Origin: Patescibacteria group bacterium
GTDB lineage: Bacteria; Patescibacteriota; Minisyncoccia; Moranbacterales; UBA9337
Direction: 5' to 3'
Length of the DNA: 63,303 bases
Assembly (NCBI GenBank): GCA_042569905.1
Contig: JBHPHA010000004.1
Span: 1-63,303, forward strand
Under the pieces are notes generated by a model. That model saw nothing but the letters and a program-made list of their open reading frames with translations. It was not told where the DNA came from and did no database searches. Positions 28,854 to 36,955 of this stretch are shown in pieces. The position numbers and the translations under genes were made by a program. Numbering within the stretch: the first letter of the stretch is position 1; each line of letters opens with the position of its first letter.

Positions 28854-29141
28854 AAAAAAATATATCTTAGTAACCAAAGATATTCTTAAAAAATAAATAA
28901 CATATAAAAGCTTACTCGCAATCCCTTTTTCGTTGCGAAAAATATGAGAATGAGAAAAGCTACTGAAGATAACCTAATTGAAATCCAAATACTTTGTAGC
29001 CAAAATTTCAATCTTGCAGTAAAAATATAAAGACTCTAAGTTCTTACCTATAATAATACTCAAATAAAAGCAGAGTGTCAAAAAAACGCCATCACCAAAA
29101 TACTAGGAATTTCAGTACAATGAGCTCTAAAACAATATTCC

Positions 29142-30074
29142 CTATTTTTCAACAACCTCTTTCACGGAATAGTTTTTGGTTTTTTTTATATTGTAGTAAC
29201 TCTTAATTAGAATATCCGCCAAAAGCCCTGAGATAAAAAGCTGAATTCCTACTAAAAATAATAGGACACCAACAAGTGGCCAAATTCTGCCTTGAATAGG
29301 AACTTGCAAGAAAAATCTCTCCACAAACATCCAAATCAAAATTGCTCCCCCTAAAAATGATAGTATCACGCCAGTTGCACCAAAAAGATGTAGTGGTCTA
29401 TTAGCAAACTTCCTCCAAAACCAAATAGCTATCATATCTACCAATCCCTTCATAGCTCTCTTCCAGTTATATTTACTAACCCCATAGATTCTTGGATGAT
29501 GCGAAACCTTCACTTCAGCAACACTAAATCCCTGCATCTCCAATAGCGCAGGAATAAACCTATGCATCTCTCCGTACAAATCCAAGTCATCAAAGCATTC
29601 ACTTTTATACGCCTTCAAGCTACACCCACTATCATGAATACTATCTTCCATGAATATCTTTCTGAGCTTATCTGCTCCACGAGAAAATATTTTCTTGCTC
29701 AAAGGGTCTTTCCTCTCCCATCTCCACCCAGAGACAACATCAAACCCTTCTTCTATTTTTTCAAGAAGTAACGATATGTCATCAGGGTCATTTTGCAAAT
29801 CGCCATCCATCGTCACAACCACCTCCCCAATTGAAGATTTTATCCCGGCATCAAAAGCAGCAGTTTGCCCAAAATTCCTTCTAAATCTTATTAATTTTAA
29901 AGGCTTCAATTTTAAGCATTGATCATAAGTTTTATCAGTCGAACCATCATCAACAAAAACAATTTCAAAACTTTTTCCAGTCTTTTGACAAGCATCCAGT
30001 ATTTTATTGTGCAAACCCAAAACATTATCCTCTTCGTTAAACAACGGAACTACTATTGAAATTTCTTTTTTCAT
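29142..30074 (-). CDS. GT2 polyprenol-phosphate glycosyltransferase (GtrB/DPM1/ArnC-like) with two C-terminal TMs
   Basis: ISIVVPLFNEEDN, VDDGSTD, MDGDLQNDP, followed by two TM helices. Confidence 0.85.
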   Translation of the reverse strand: MKKEISIVVPLFNEEDNVLGLHNKILDACQKTGKSFEIVFVDDGSTDKTYDQCLKLKPLKLIRFRRNFGQTAAFDAGIKSSIGEVVVTMDGDLQNDPDDISLLLEKIEEGFDVVSGWRWERKDPLSKKIFSRGADKLRKIFMEDSIHDSGCSLKAYKSECFDDLDLYGEMHRFIPALLEMQGFSVAEVKVSHHPRIYGVSKYNWKRAMKGLVDMIAIWFWRKFANRPLHLFGATGVILSFLGGAILIWMFVERFFLQVPIQGRIWPLVGVLLFLVGIQLFISGLLADILIKSYYNIKKTKNYSVKEVVEK

Positions 30075-30093
30075 AAAACTTAAAGATAAAAAA

Positions 30094-30789
30094 TTATAAC
30101 CCTACAACATACTGCATAAATAATGACAGAACTTTCAACAAAAATGCACCCAATGGTCCTGAAAAAAGAATCATAAATGCAATCAGAATCATAAAACCAA
30201 ATTGCTCCAGCATTATTTTTGTCTCAGTTTTTAAAGGCATAAATGAAAATAGCAACTTAGATCCATCCAAAGGAGGAATTGGAATTAAGTTAAAAAATGC
30301 CAAAAATACATTAATCGTCACAATTATCAAACATAGCCAGAATAATATTGCAGCCAGTGACCCAGAAAATATCACTGACAGATCGCTGAAACTAAAAACA
30401 TTACTAGCAACGTCAAACTTTACCATTTGATTCAATGGAATAAATCTTGCACAAAGGCCAAAAAATAACGCAACAATAATATTTGACAACGGTCCCGCAA
30501 AACCCACTAAAGCTGGACCATTCTTTTGGTCTCTTAAATTGTATGGATTATATGGCACTGGCTTTGCCCAACCAAAACCAAATCCCACCGTAAACATCAT
30601 CACTAACGGAACAATAAATGAGCCCCAAAGCTCAAGATGCTTTACTGGATTCAATGTTAGTCGACCAGCATATTTTGCAGTTGAGTCACCCAGCCAAAGA
30701 GCCGCCAAACCATGAGAGACTTCATGAATAACAATAGACATTATCAAAACCATCACCTGAAATATTATCAAAACAAATTCCACTTCCAT
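30094..30789 (-). CDS. M50 family site-2 metalloprotease
   Basis: HEVSHGLAA (HExxH within a TM) and NLIPIPPLDGSKL. Confidence 0.8.
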   Translation of the reverse strand: MEVEFVLIIFQVMVLIMSIVIHEVSHGLAALWLGDSTAKYAGRLTLNPVKHLELWGSFIVPLVMMFTVGFGFGWAKPVPYNPYNLRDQKNGPALVGFAGPLSNIIVALFFGLCARFIPLNQMVKFDVASNVFSFSDLSVIFSGSLAAILFWLCLIIVTINVFLAFFNLIPIPPLDGSKLLFSFMPLKTETKIMLEQFGFMILIAFMILFSGPLGAFLLKVLSLFMQYVVGL

Positions 30790-30844
30790 AAAACTTTTTT
30801 TTATTATATAATTAGACAGTATGAATATTCAACCATCAAAGGGG

Positions 30845-30873
30845 TTGTCAAATTCTTACTAATATGATAGATT
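30845..30873 (+). promoter_or_regulatory. Candidate sigma70-type promoter upstream of rpmB
   Basis: TTGTCA (30845-30850), 17-nt spacer, TGaTAGATT (extended -10 ending at 30873). About 115 nt upstream of the rpmB ATG. Confidence 0.35.
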
Positions 30874-30990
30874 ATAATCTGTAATTAAGCAAGAATTCAA
30901 AATTAATATAATCCATGGAACCAAAAGCGATTGTTAAGCTTTTTTGCTAACAATTTTATGTTTTTGGAAAGCCAATATACCATAAAAAAA

Positions 30991-31167
30991 ATGAGTAGAA
31001 ATTGTACTATTTGCGGTAGAGGAACTCAATCAGGTCATTCAAGAAGTCACTCAAACATCGCTACAAAGAGAAAATTTAAAGTTAATATTCAAACTAAGAA
31101 AATTGACGGAAAAAAGACAAAGGTTTGCACAAAATGTATTAAAACTATGTCAAAGGTAGCAGCTTAA
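30991..31167 (+). CDS. rpmB: 50S ribosomal protein L28 (zinc-ribbon form)
   Basis: MSRNCTICGRGTQSGHSRSHSNIATKRKFKVNIQ..VCTKCIK. 58 aa from the internal ATG of the tracked ORF. Confidence 0.9.
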   Translation: MSRNCTICGRGTQSGHSRSHSNIATKRKFKVNIQTKKIDGKKTKVCTKCIKTMSKVAA

Positions 31168-31187
31168 GTCTACTCTACCTCCAAATT

Positions 31188-31216
31188 AAAAACTCCCTTT
31201 ATTGGGAGTTTTTTGT
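31188..31216 (+). terminator. Rho-independent terminator of rpmB
   Basis: Stem aaactccc/gggagttt, 6-nt loop, T6 run. Confidence 0.7.
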
Positions 31217-31263
31217 TTTATTTAAAAAAAGTATTATTTATCAAGCCCGTTTTATTATGGCAA

Positions 31264-31296
31264 ATAAAAAAACCAGGTCATATAATATATGCCTGG
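31264..31296 (-). terminator. Rho-independent terminator, copy A of a duplicated ~40-nt terminator sequence
   Basis: Hairpin ccaggtcatata/tatatgcctgg (31273-31296), followed on the minus strand by T7. Near-identical to 31926-31957. Confidence 0.7.
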
Positions 31297-31316
31297 CTAT
31301 ATCCTACTCCTCCTTT

Positions 31317-31829
31317 CTACTCAATATCGACTAACATTTTACCAAACCGCACTCCATCGGTACGGAAGACTAGTTCACCCATCAGTCCATCATATTTTTC
31401 AAAAAGAGATTTAAGCTCCTCAATGGGACCCATCGCGTAAGCAATGTTGAGACTCCACTCCCTTTTATTGCCGCATACGAAATACGTGCCATTCACCTTC
31501 CCGGTGAAAAAATCGACACTACCAACCCTGTCTCTGACATCTGATGAACTATTTCCAGTGAACTGCTCCTCAAAAGAGCAACATACCGTGCTTAATCTCG
31601 GAACATCTTCCCCATTAAGGGAAACCACACAACGAGTTCCCTCAGGTATCAAGATCTGAGTGATCCCACGAGGATTTTTTCTCCAGTTCTCTGAAAGATT
31701 TAAAAACCCGAAACCAACTTCTCCTCCCATGATATCGGAAAGCTCATCCCTGTGAGAACCCTGATAAACCTTACCAGCCATGTCTGTCTTATCTCCATAC
31801 CTCGTATGAAAAACAATCACATCCCTCAT
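31317..31829 (-). CDS. Hypothetical soluble protein (170 aa)
   Basis: Strong SD gggagg before ATG 31827-31829, with its own terminator. No recognisable motif. Confidence 0.6.
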   Translation of the reverse strand: MRDVIVFHTRYGDKTDMAGKVYQGSHRDELSDIMGGEVGFGFLNLSENWRKNPRGITQILIPEGTRCVVSLNGEDVPRLSTVCCSFEEQFTGNSSSDVRDRVGSVDFFTGKVNGTYFVCGNKREWSLNIAYAMGPIEELKSLFEKYDGLMGELVFRTDGVRFGKMLVDIE

Positions 31830-31925
31830 TTTACCTCCCGCAATATCTATCTTTTCTCTAAAAAAACTATTTCTATTTTAATTGTTAATTATAGCAGAAA
31901 TAATCCAATTTGTCAATGGTTAGAA

Positions 31926-31957
31926 ATAAAAAACCAGGTCATATATTATATGCCTGG
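31926..31957 (-). terminator. Rho-independent terminator, copy B of the duplicated terminator sequence
   Basis: Hairpin ccaggtcatata/tatatgcctgg (31934-31957), followed on the minus strand by T6. Confidence 0.7.
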
Positions 31958-31996
31958 TTATATCTTTTTATTTACCCTGAAGATAGTCATTGAGTG

Positions 31997-32251
31997 TCAG
32001 TCACCTTGCACCATTCGCTTGCCAATCTTACCTGTTTTTCTGTCATGCTTTTCCTTGAGCGCCTTTAGATTGGCTACACGTATGCCACTTCGATCCATAA
32101 AAGGTATCGATTCCTCTATCTTGTTTTCAGCTCTCTTCTGAATCCATGTTATCACCAGTAAAACTAGCGCACCAATGGCAACCACTGCTATTCCCAATGG
32201 AATAATAACTTGCCTCCAAAATTCAGGATTATATAATAATTCTCTAATCAT
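31997..32251 (-). CDS. Hypothetical single-TM small protein (84 aa) with a highly charged C-terminus
   Basis: SD aaggagg. MIRELLYNPEFWRQVIIPLGIAVVAIGALVLLV.. then a Lys/Arg/Glu-rich tail. Confidence 0.55.
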   Translation of the reverse strand: MIRELLYNPEFWRQVIIPLGIAVVAIGALVLLVITWIQKRAENKIEESIPFMDRSGIRVANLKALKEKHDRKTGKIGKRMVQGD

Positions 32252-32314
32252 CCTTGCCTCCTTAAAAACTAGTCAAATAGCTTCCGCACCTCTTGATAAA
32301 AATTAAGAAATAGT

Positions 32315-32677
32315 TCAAAATCCGTATTTCTCCTTATCTTCCAAAGGAACAAATGCAACACTATATAGGGTTCGATTAACCATGAGCATCTTCCCTTTTT
32401 CGGGAAGGCTAACAATATCTCCTGGATTTTTAGTCATATCATCAAAAACTTCTGATCCGTATTTTGATTTAGTTGAAAATTTAATAACCCGCTCATTTTC
32501 CGAAAAGATTAAGCGATTTCGCTCCTTAATTTTACGAAATTTATCCACTTCTCTCTTTTCTTGTCGGTATCCCTCAATAAATTCAGGAATCCAACTTTTT
32601 CCCATAAACCAAGCAATACTGACGCCTAAAATAATAATCACGGCGTAAAAATTGGGATTACTCAATAATTCTTTCAT
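32315..32677 (-). CDS. Hypothetical single-TM protein (120 aa), N-terminus paralogous to the 84-aa neighbour
   Basis: SD caggagg. MKELLSNPNFYAVIIILGVSIAWFMG.. aligns with MIRELLYNPEFW... Confidence 0.55.
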   Translation of the reverse strand: MKELLSNPNFYAVIIILGVSIAWFMGKSWIPEFIEGYRQEKREVDKFRKIKERNRLIFSENERVIKFSTKSKYGSEVFDDMTKNPGDIVSLPEKGKMLMVNRTLYSVAFVPLEDKEKYGF

Positions 32678-33047
32678 TTTAACCTCCTGATTTTAGCAAA
32701 GAACGACTTCAACAAAGTCATCACAAAGAAATTGACTTCTCAATACATTAGCATATTAAGCTAAAAATATCAAGCAAAATGAGTATTTTCAATCCCTCAT
32801 TTTCATTTGTCAGTAGTGCTAAAAAAAGGTATTATTATAAATAGACTCCTTCGGAAACCTCTTTTTTTGCGAAACTTTTTATTTCTTAGCGAGACAAGGA
32901 AAGTGAGTAAAATATCTTGACTTCGTACTATAGATACGTTGAAAGGTATTTTATGAAATTTGACGAAGTTGTAGCAAGAAATAAGAAGTTGTAGTAAAAA
33001 GGATTTTTGGAGAAGTCTACTAGATTGCAATTAAATAAAGTGACTAA

Positions 33048-34475
33048 ATGATATATAAAAATAAACAAAAAAATAAAATAATCTTCAGTATAATACTCAG
33101 CATTTTCATTCTGACTTCTTTTGTGATTCCAGATATTTCTTTTTCTGCTGACACAGATACTAGTGAGATTACTACTGACCTAGATTACTACACAAAATAC
33201 GAGCAATACTTGAAATACCGAAAATATAAGAACTATACAGAATATAAGAAATATAAAGACAAATACGGATTTAAAAACTCGGGAGAAAAAAGAAAATACA
33301 AAAGTCATTACACAAAATACAAGAAATACAAGAAAAATCGTTCTAAATATCCTCAATACGCACAATACTATGACGACTATAAGCGCTACAAAAAATATAA
33401 AAGTAGGTATGTTCCTTTAAAAAAATACGCCAAGTATAGTAAATACAAGAAATACAAGAAAAATAAATACAAGAAATATGGAGCGGCGAAATATCGTCGA
33501 GGTCACAATCGCTACGAAGACTATCTTGATGGAAATACAGTCGCAACACTAGGAGAAGCAAATCTTGGCGGCGGACTACTTGGACCAGAAATTTCAGTTG
33601 GACTCTGGTCTTACTCTCGAAATGATCTAGAAGACACTCCTTTTAAGATTAAAGCTAACAAATCTTACAATGTCAGAAATCACGCTGGAGGCGTGATTGC
33701 GCAAATCCCAGCTGACACAATTACTAGAGTAACTTACGACCACGACGGAAGATTGAAAGTATATAATTCCGTTCCAGAAACACTTTCAAGTCAAATTGTC
33801 TACTTTGATGCAGTTGATGGAGACAATAGCACTTTAATATTTGATGCCTATCGCCCATCCTCATCATTTGATCAATACCGTGGCAAGATGCAGTTGAAAT
33901 ATCACAGCTCTTCTAAGGATATTTGGGTAATCAATACTCTTCCACTCGAACACTATGTTTGGGGAATGGGAGAAATCACTGGAACCGGAGATGAAGACTA
34001 TAATCGCGTAATGACTACCTCATTTAGAACTTACGGGTATTGGAAAATTAAATTTAGCACTAAATATGCAAGTGAAGGGTTTAAAGTTAACGCCACACCT
34101 GGAAATCAACTGTACTATGGATACGACTGGGAAACCGCTCACACAAGAATCAAGGCAGCAGCTCGAGATACTCAAGGACATATAGTTATGTATAGAGAGA
34201 AAATTGCAATCACTCCATACAGCTCCTGGACTGACGGAAGAACAAGAAGCTTTGAGTCAAAATGGGGATCAAGTAATTACCCATGGTGTCAATCAGTTAG
34301 TGATCCTTATGGACAGCATCCAACAAAAACAACCTCTCAACTAACAAGTGAAGGAAATCATATGGTTGGATTATCAGCAAATGGAGCGCTGACACTTGCT
34401 AGAGATCATGGATGGAGTTGGGTTAGAATACTAAGTTACTATTTCACAGATATAACCATCTTAAGAGTATATTAA
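33048..34475 (+). CDS. SpoIID/LytB-domain protein (putative lytic transglycosylase) with an N-terminal TM and a Lys/Tyr-rich low-complexity region
   Basis: C-terminal ~300 aa: LPLEHYVWGMGEI, NQLYYGYDWE, GNHMVGLSANGALTLARDHGWSWVRILSYYF (the SpoIID GHGVGMSQxGA..IL.YYY pattern). Confidence 0.8.
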   Translation: MIYKNKQKNKIIFSIILSIFILTSFVIPDISFSADTDTSEITTDLDYYTKYEQYLKYRKYKNYTEYKKYKDKYGFKNSGEKRKYKSHYTKYKKYKKNRSKYPQYAQYYDDYKRYKKYKSRYVPLKKYAKYSKYKKYKKNKYKKYGAAKYRRGHNRYEDYLDGNTVATLGEANLGGGLLGPEISVGLWSYSRNDLEDTPFKIKANKSYNVRNHAGGVIAQIPADTITRVTYDHDGRLKVYNSVPETLSSQIVYFDAVDGDNSTLIFDAYRPSSSFDQYRGKMQLKYHSSSKDIWVINTLPLEHYVWGMGEITGTGDEDYNRVMTTSFRTYGYWKIKFSTKYASEGFKVNATPGNQLYYGYDWETAHTRIKAAARDTQGHIVMYREKIAITPYSSWTDGRTRSFESKWGSSNYPWCQSVSDPYGQHPTKTTSQLTSEGNHMVGLSANGALTLARDHGWSWVRILSYYFTDITILRVY

Positions 34476-34479
34476 AACT

Positions 34480-34998
34480 ATGAGGACTAAATTATTAGCC
34501 ATTATCTACATTGCAATCCTAGGAGTCATCGTGTACTGGGGGTACCCCGTCATCAAAGACAGGTATTTTACCCCCTCCACCGAGGGCGAGGAAGTAAAAG
34601 AATCCTTTCTAGAAAAATTTCAAAAACAAGATTCAGAAGACGAATCATTTGACGAAGATGAAGATTCTTCAGATGAAGACATAGAAAAAGTTGAGTACCT
34701 CGAAATCACCAACCAAGACTGCGATGGTGAATGCAAAGATTTCGAAGAAACAACTGACATTGAGTATTGCAAACAAGTCTGTGGACTCGCACCCACCACT
34801 CAACCAGAAACACTCCTAGAACCAGAAGCCAAGGAAGTCTGTGACGATCTAGATAAACTCAAAAGAGATTATTGCCTAAAAGACACGGCAGTAAAGAAAA
34901 TGGATTTTTCTCTCTGCGAAAAAATTGAAGATAAAAAGATTAAGGAAACCTGTCAAAACAGAATTACTGAAGATATATTAAATGGAGACGGACACTAA
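34480..34998 (+). CDS. Hypothetical membrane-anchored acidic, Cys-rich protein
   Basis: N-terminal TM, D/E/S-rich stretch, and 10 Cys in the C-terminal half. 4 nt after the SpoIID-like gene. Confidence 0.55.
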   Translation: MRTKLLAIIYIAILGVIVYWGYPVIKDRYFTPSTEGEEVKESFLEKFQKQDSEDESFDEDEDSSDEDIEKVEYLEITNQDCDGECKDFEETTDIEYCKQVCGLAPTTQPETLLEPEAKEVCDDLDKLKRDYCLKDTAVKKMDFSLCEKIEDKKIKETCQNRITEDILNGDGH

Positions 34999-35065
34999 AA
35001 CCCCTCCCCCTCTGTCGTTTTAGATTTGGCTATGCGAGATTTCTAGAGAGGTCTATTAAAATTAT

Positions 35066-35094
35066 TTGCGAAAACGAAATAACAACTGTATAAT
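35066..35094 (+). promoter_or_regulatory. Candidate sigma70-type promoter
   Basis: TTGCGA (35066-35071), 17-nt spacer, TATAAT (35089-35094). 44 nt upstream of the ATG at 35139. Confidence 0.55.
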
Positions 35095-35138
35095 TTACCT
35101 GTGTAATTTATACAAATAAATATTTAAAGAATTGTTTT

Positions 35139-36413
35139 ATGAAAAAAGAAACTGTATGCGTTCTTGGACTAGGATATGTTGGACTACCTTTAGCTGTGCA
35201 ATGTGCTCTAAAAGGATATGAGGTTTATGGATTAGACAATGATGAATCAAAAATAGAAAAAATTAACAAAGGAGAGAGTCCAATTGAAGAAAAATTCTTG
35301 GACCTAAATTTACCAAAAGTAAATATCAATGCTGGCTCTGATGCTAGCGTAATCAAAAAATCAGACATCGTTTTAATCTGCGTTCCCACTCCAATTGATG
35401 AAAAATTCTACCCTGACCTAGGTCCAGTTAGAGGCGCCGTTAACACTGTTATTGAAAACCTAAATAAAGGACAGCTAGTTGTTGTTGAATCAACTATCAA
35501 CCCAGGAGTTTGTGAAGAGGTTGTTGAGCCGTTATTCAAAGAAAAAGGACTTGAGGTTGGAAAAGATTATGAACTATCTCATTGTCCAGAAAGAATTAAT
35601 CCAGGAGACAAAGTCTGGAACGTGACCAACATCCCTCGTGTAGTTGGATCATTTACGGAAGAAGGACTAAAGAAGTCTACGGAGTTCTATGAAAAAATCA
35701 TTGACGGTGACATTCGTCCGATGAAATCAATTCGTGAAGCAGAAGCCACCAAAGTTGTTGAAAATTCGTTTAGAGACATCAACATTGCTTTCGTAAACGA
35801 ACTTGCAAAATCTTTTGACAAGATGGATATCGATGTTGTTGATGTGATTAAAGGGGCTTCAACAAAACCTTTCGCATTTATGCCTCACTGGCCAACTTGC
35901 GGAGTTGGAGGTCACTGCATTCCAGTTGACCCATATTACCTAATCGAGAGAGCAAAATTAGCTGGATTTGATCACAAATTCCTAAGAGCAGCTCGAGCTA
36001 TCAATAACTCAATGCCTGGATACACTGTTGAACTTTTGCAAGATGCTCTTAACAAAATCAAGATGCCTCTTAATGGAACAAAGGTAGCAGTACTTGGCCT
36101 TTCTTACAAAGCTAATGTAGACGACCTGAGAGAAACTCCTGCATTTGAAATCATCAATGACATCAAAAAGCATGGTGGAGAAACTTTTGTTTTTGATCCA
36201 TTCTTCCCTGATATGTCAGATGTTAAGTCAGTCGAAGAGGCACTTGAAAAAGCTGACGCACTTGTTGTCATCACTAATCATGATGAATTCACAGAAATTA
36301 ACCCTGCTCTTCTAGAAAAACACAATATTCAAGTTATAGTTGATGGAAAAAATTGCCTTGATAAAGAAGCAATCGATAAAACAGAAATTACCTACAAAGG
36401 AATCGGGAGATAG
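35139..36413 (+). CDS. UDP-N-acetylhexosamine/UDP-sugar 6-dehydrogenase family (WecC/TviB/Cap5O-like)
   Basis: VLGLGYVGLPLA Rossmann motif, catalytic GGHCIPVDP, and a C-terminal UDP-binding domain GLSYKANVDDLRETPA. Confidence 0.85.
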   Translation: MKKETVCVLGLGYVGLPLAVQCALKGYEVYGLDNDESKIEKINKGESPIEEKFLDLNLPKVNINAGSDASVIKKSDIVLICVPTPIDEKFYPDLGPVRGAVNTVIENLNKGQLVVVESTINPGVCEEVVEPLFKEKGLEVGKDYELSHCPERINPGDKVWNVTNIPRVVGSFTEEGLKKSTEFYEKIIDGDIRPMKSIREAEATKVVENSFRDINIAFVNELAKSFDKMDIDVVDVIKGASTKPFAFMPHWPTCGVGGHCIPVDPYYLIERAKLAGFDHKFLRAARAINNSMPGYTVELLQDALNKIKMPLNGTKVAVLGLSYKANVDDLRETPAFEIINDIKKHGGETFVFDPFFPDMSDVKSVEEALEKADALVVITNHDEFTEINPALLEKHNIQVIVDGKNCLDKEAIDKTEITYKGIGR

Positions 36414-36434
36414 TTACCAGAGTTGAGAAATGAG

Positions 36435-36479
36435 AAAAACATAACCCTAGCTTGTTATTCCGGAAGATATATTTTTCAA
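36435..36479 (+). repeat. 45-nt direct repeat, copy 1
   Basis: aaaaacataaccctagcttgttattccggaagatatatttttcaa. 40/45 identical to 36576-36620. Confidence 0.8.
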
Positions 36480-36515
36480 CTTGAGGTACGAAGCTTGAGA
36501 CTAAATAAATAGAAA

Positions 36516-36542
36516 ACAGGCCCACACGAGGTCTGTTTTTTT
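36516..36542 (+). terminator. Rho-independent terminator about 100 nt downstream of the dehydrogenase gene
   Basis: Stem acaggcc/ggtctgt (one G-U pair), 7-nt loop, T7. Confidence 0.6.
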
Positions 36543-36575
36543 ATTAATCTTAAATAATAGAGAGTGTATAAGTAA

Positions 36576-36620
36576 AAAAACATAATCCCATCTTGTCATT
36601 CCGGAAGATATCTTTTTCAA
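36576..36620 (+). repeat. 45-nt direct repeat, copy 2
   Basis: aaaaacataatcccatcttgtcattccggaagatatctttttcaa. Confidence 0.8.
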
Positions 36621-36659
36621 AACGAAGAATGAGTTTTAGAAAAATAGTCTATCCGGAAT
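36598..36659 (+). other. Long imperfect hairpin closed by attccgga/tccggaat
   Basis: 5' arm attccggaagatatctttttcaaaac pairs with 3' arm gttttagaaaaatagtctatccggaat around the loop gaagaatga. The outer 8 bp are perfect and the inner helices have bulges. Confidence 0.5.
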
Positions 36660-36771
36660 CCATCCTTACTTGGTCACAGTGACTAACTATAATCTGAAGC
36701 TGATATTAAATGAATCCCAGATAAACACAGGCTAAAACCTAATACTTATCACCATCAGCCTAGCGTCGCTT

Positions 36772-36807
36772 GTCATCATGAAACAAATTCAGGATGAGAC
36801 GATTTTT
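36772..36807 (+). terminator. Terminator-like hairpin belonging to the GTCATC..TGAA/TTCAGGAT element family
   Basis: gtcatcatgaa-acaaa-ttcaggatgagac followed by gattttt. The stem has bulges. Confidence 0.4.
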
Positions 36808-36829
36808 AGTATTATTGAAAAATACTCAT

Positions 36830-36857
36830 TTAAATACCTATTTAAATAGGTATTTAA
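36830..36857. promoter_or_regulatory. Perfect 28-bp palindrome, candidate operator or activator site upstream of the UDP-xylose synthase gene
   Basis: ttaaatacctattt|aaataggtatttaa verified as its own reverse complement. A third related half-site, aaatactcattt, lies immediately upstream (36820-36831). Confidence 0.5.
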
Positions 36858-36914
36858 TTACACATCGCTCCTTTCAAAAAAAATGACTATTATCTCACAT
36901 CCCGACTCTAATTA

Positions 36915-36923
36915 TGGTATAAT
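36915..36923 (+). promoter_or_regulatory. Extended -10 element (TGgTATAAT)
   Basis: tggtataat lies 33 nt upstream of the ATG at 36956. No good -35 element. Confidence 0.4.
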
Positions 36924-36955
36924 AAAAAAATAATAATCAAAAAAATAAAAACAAT

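Noticed and set aside
28878-29141. The 264-bp gap upstream of mreB, examined for an sRNA or riboswitch.
   Set aside because: I found only a weak 6-bp hairpin (tcgcaa/ttgcga), with no T-run and no conserved riboswitch-like motif recognisable. It most likely holds the promoter of the mre operon.
32803-33030. A 75-aa minus-strand ORF in the intergenic region upstream of the SpoIID-like gene.
   Set aside because: It has no SD (unlike the neighbouring real small genes), a Leu/Phe/Lys-rich composition driven by AT content, and it spans the probable promoter region.
33180-33542. A repetitive DNA tract considered as a CRISPR-like or tandem-repeat array.
   Set aside because: The repeats are irregular and in frame, and they encode the K/Y-rich linker of the SpoIID-like protein. 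There is no repeat-spacer periodicity and there are no cas genes.
36778-36849. A 23-codon ORF (MKQIQDETIFSIIEKYSFKYLFK) in the structured intergenic region.
   Set aside because: It has no ribosome-binding site. It starts inside the hairpin element and ends inside the 28-bp palindrome. It is more likely a by-product of those structures.
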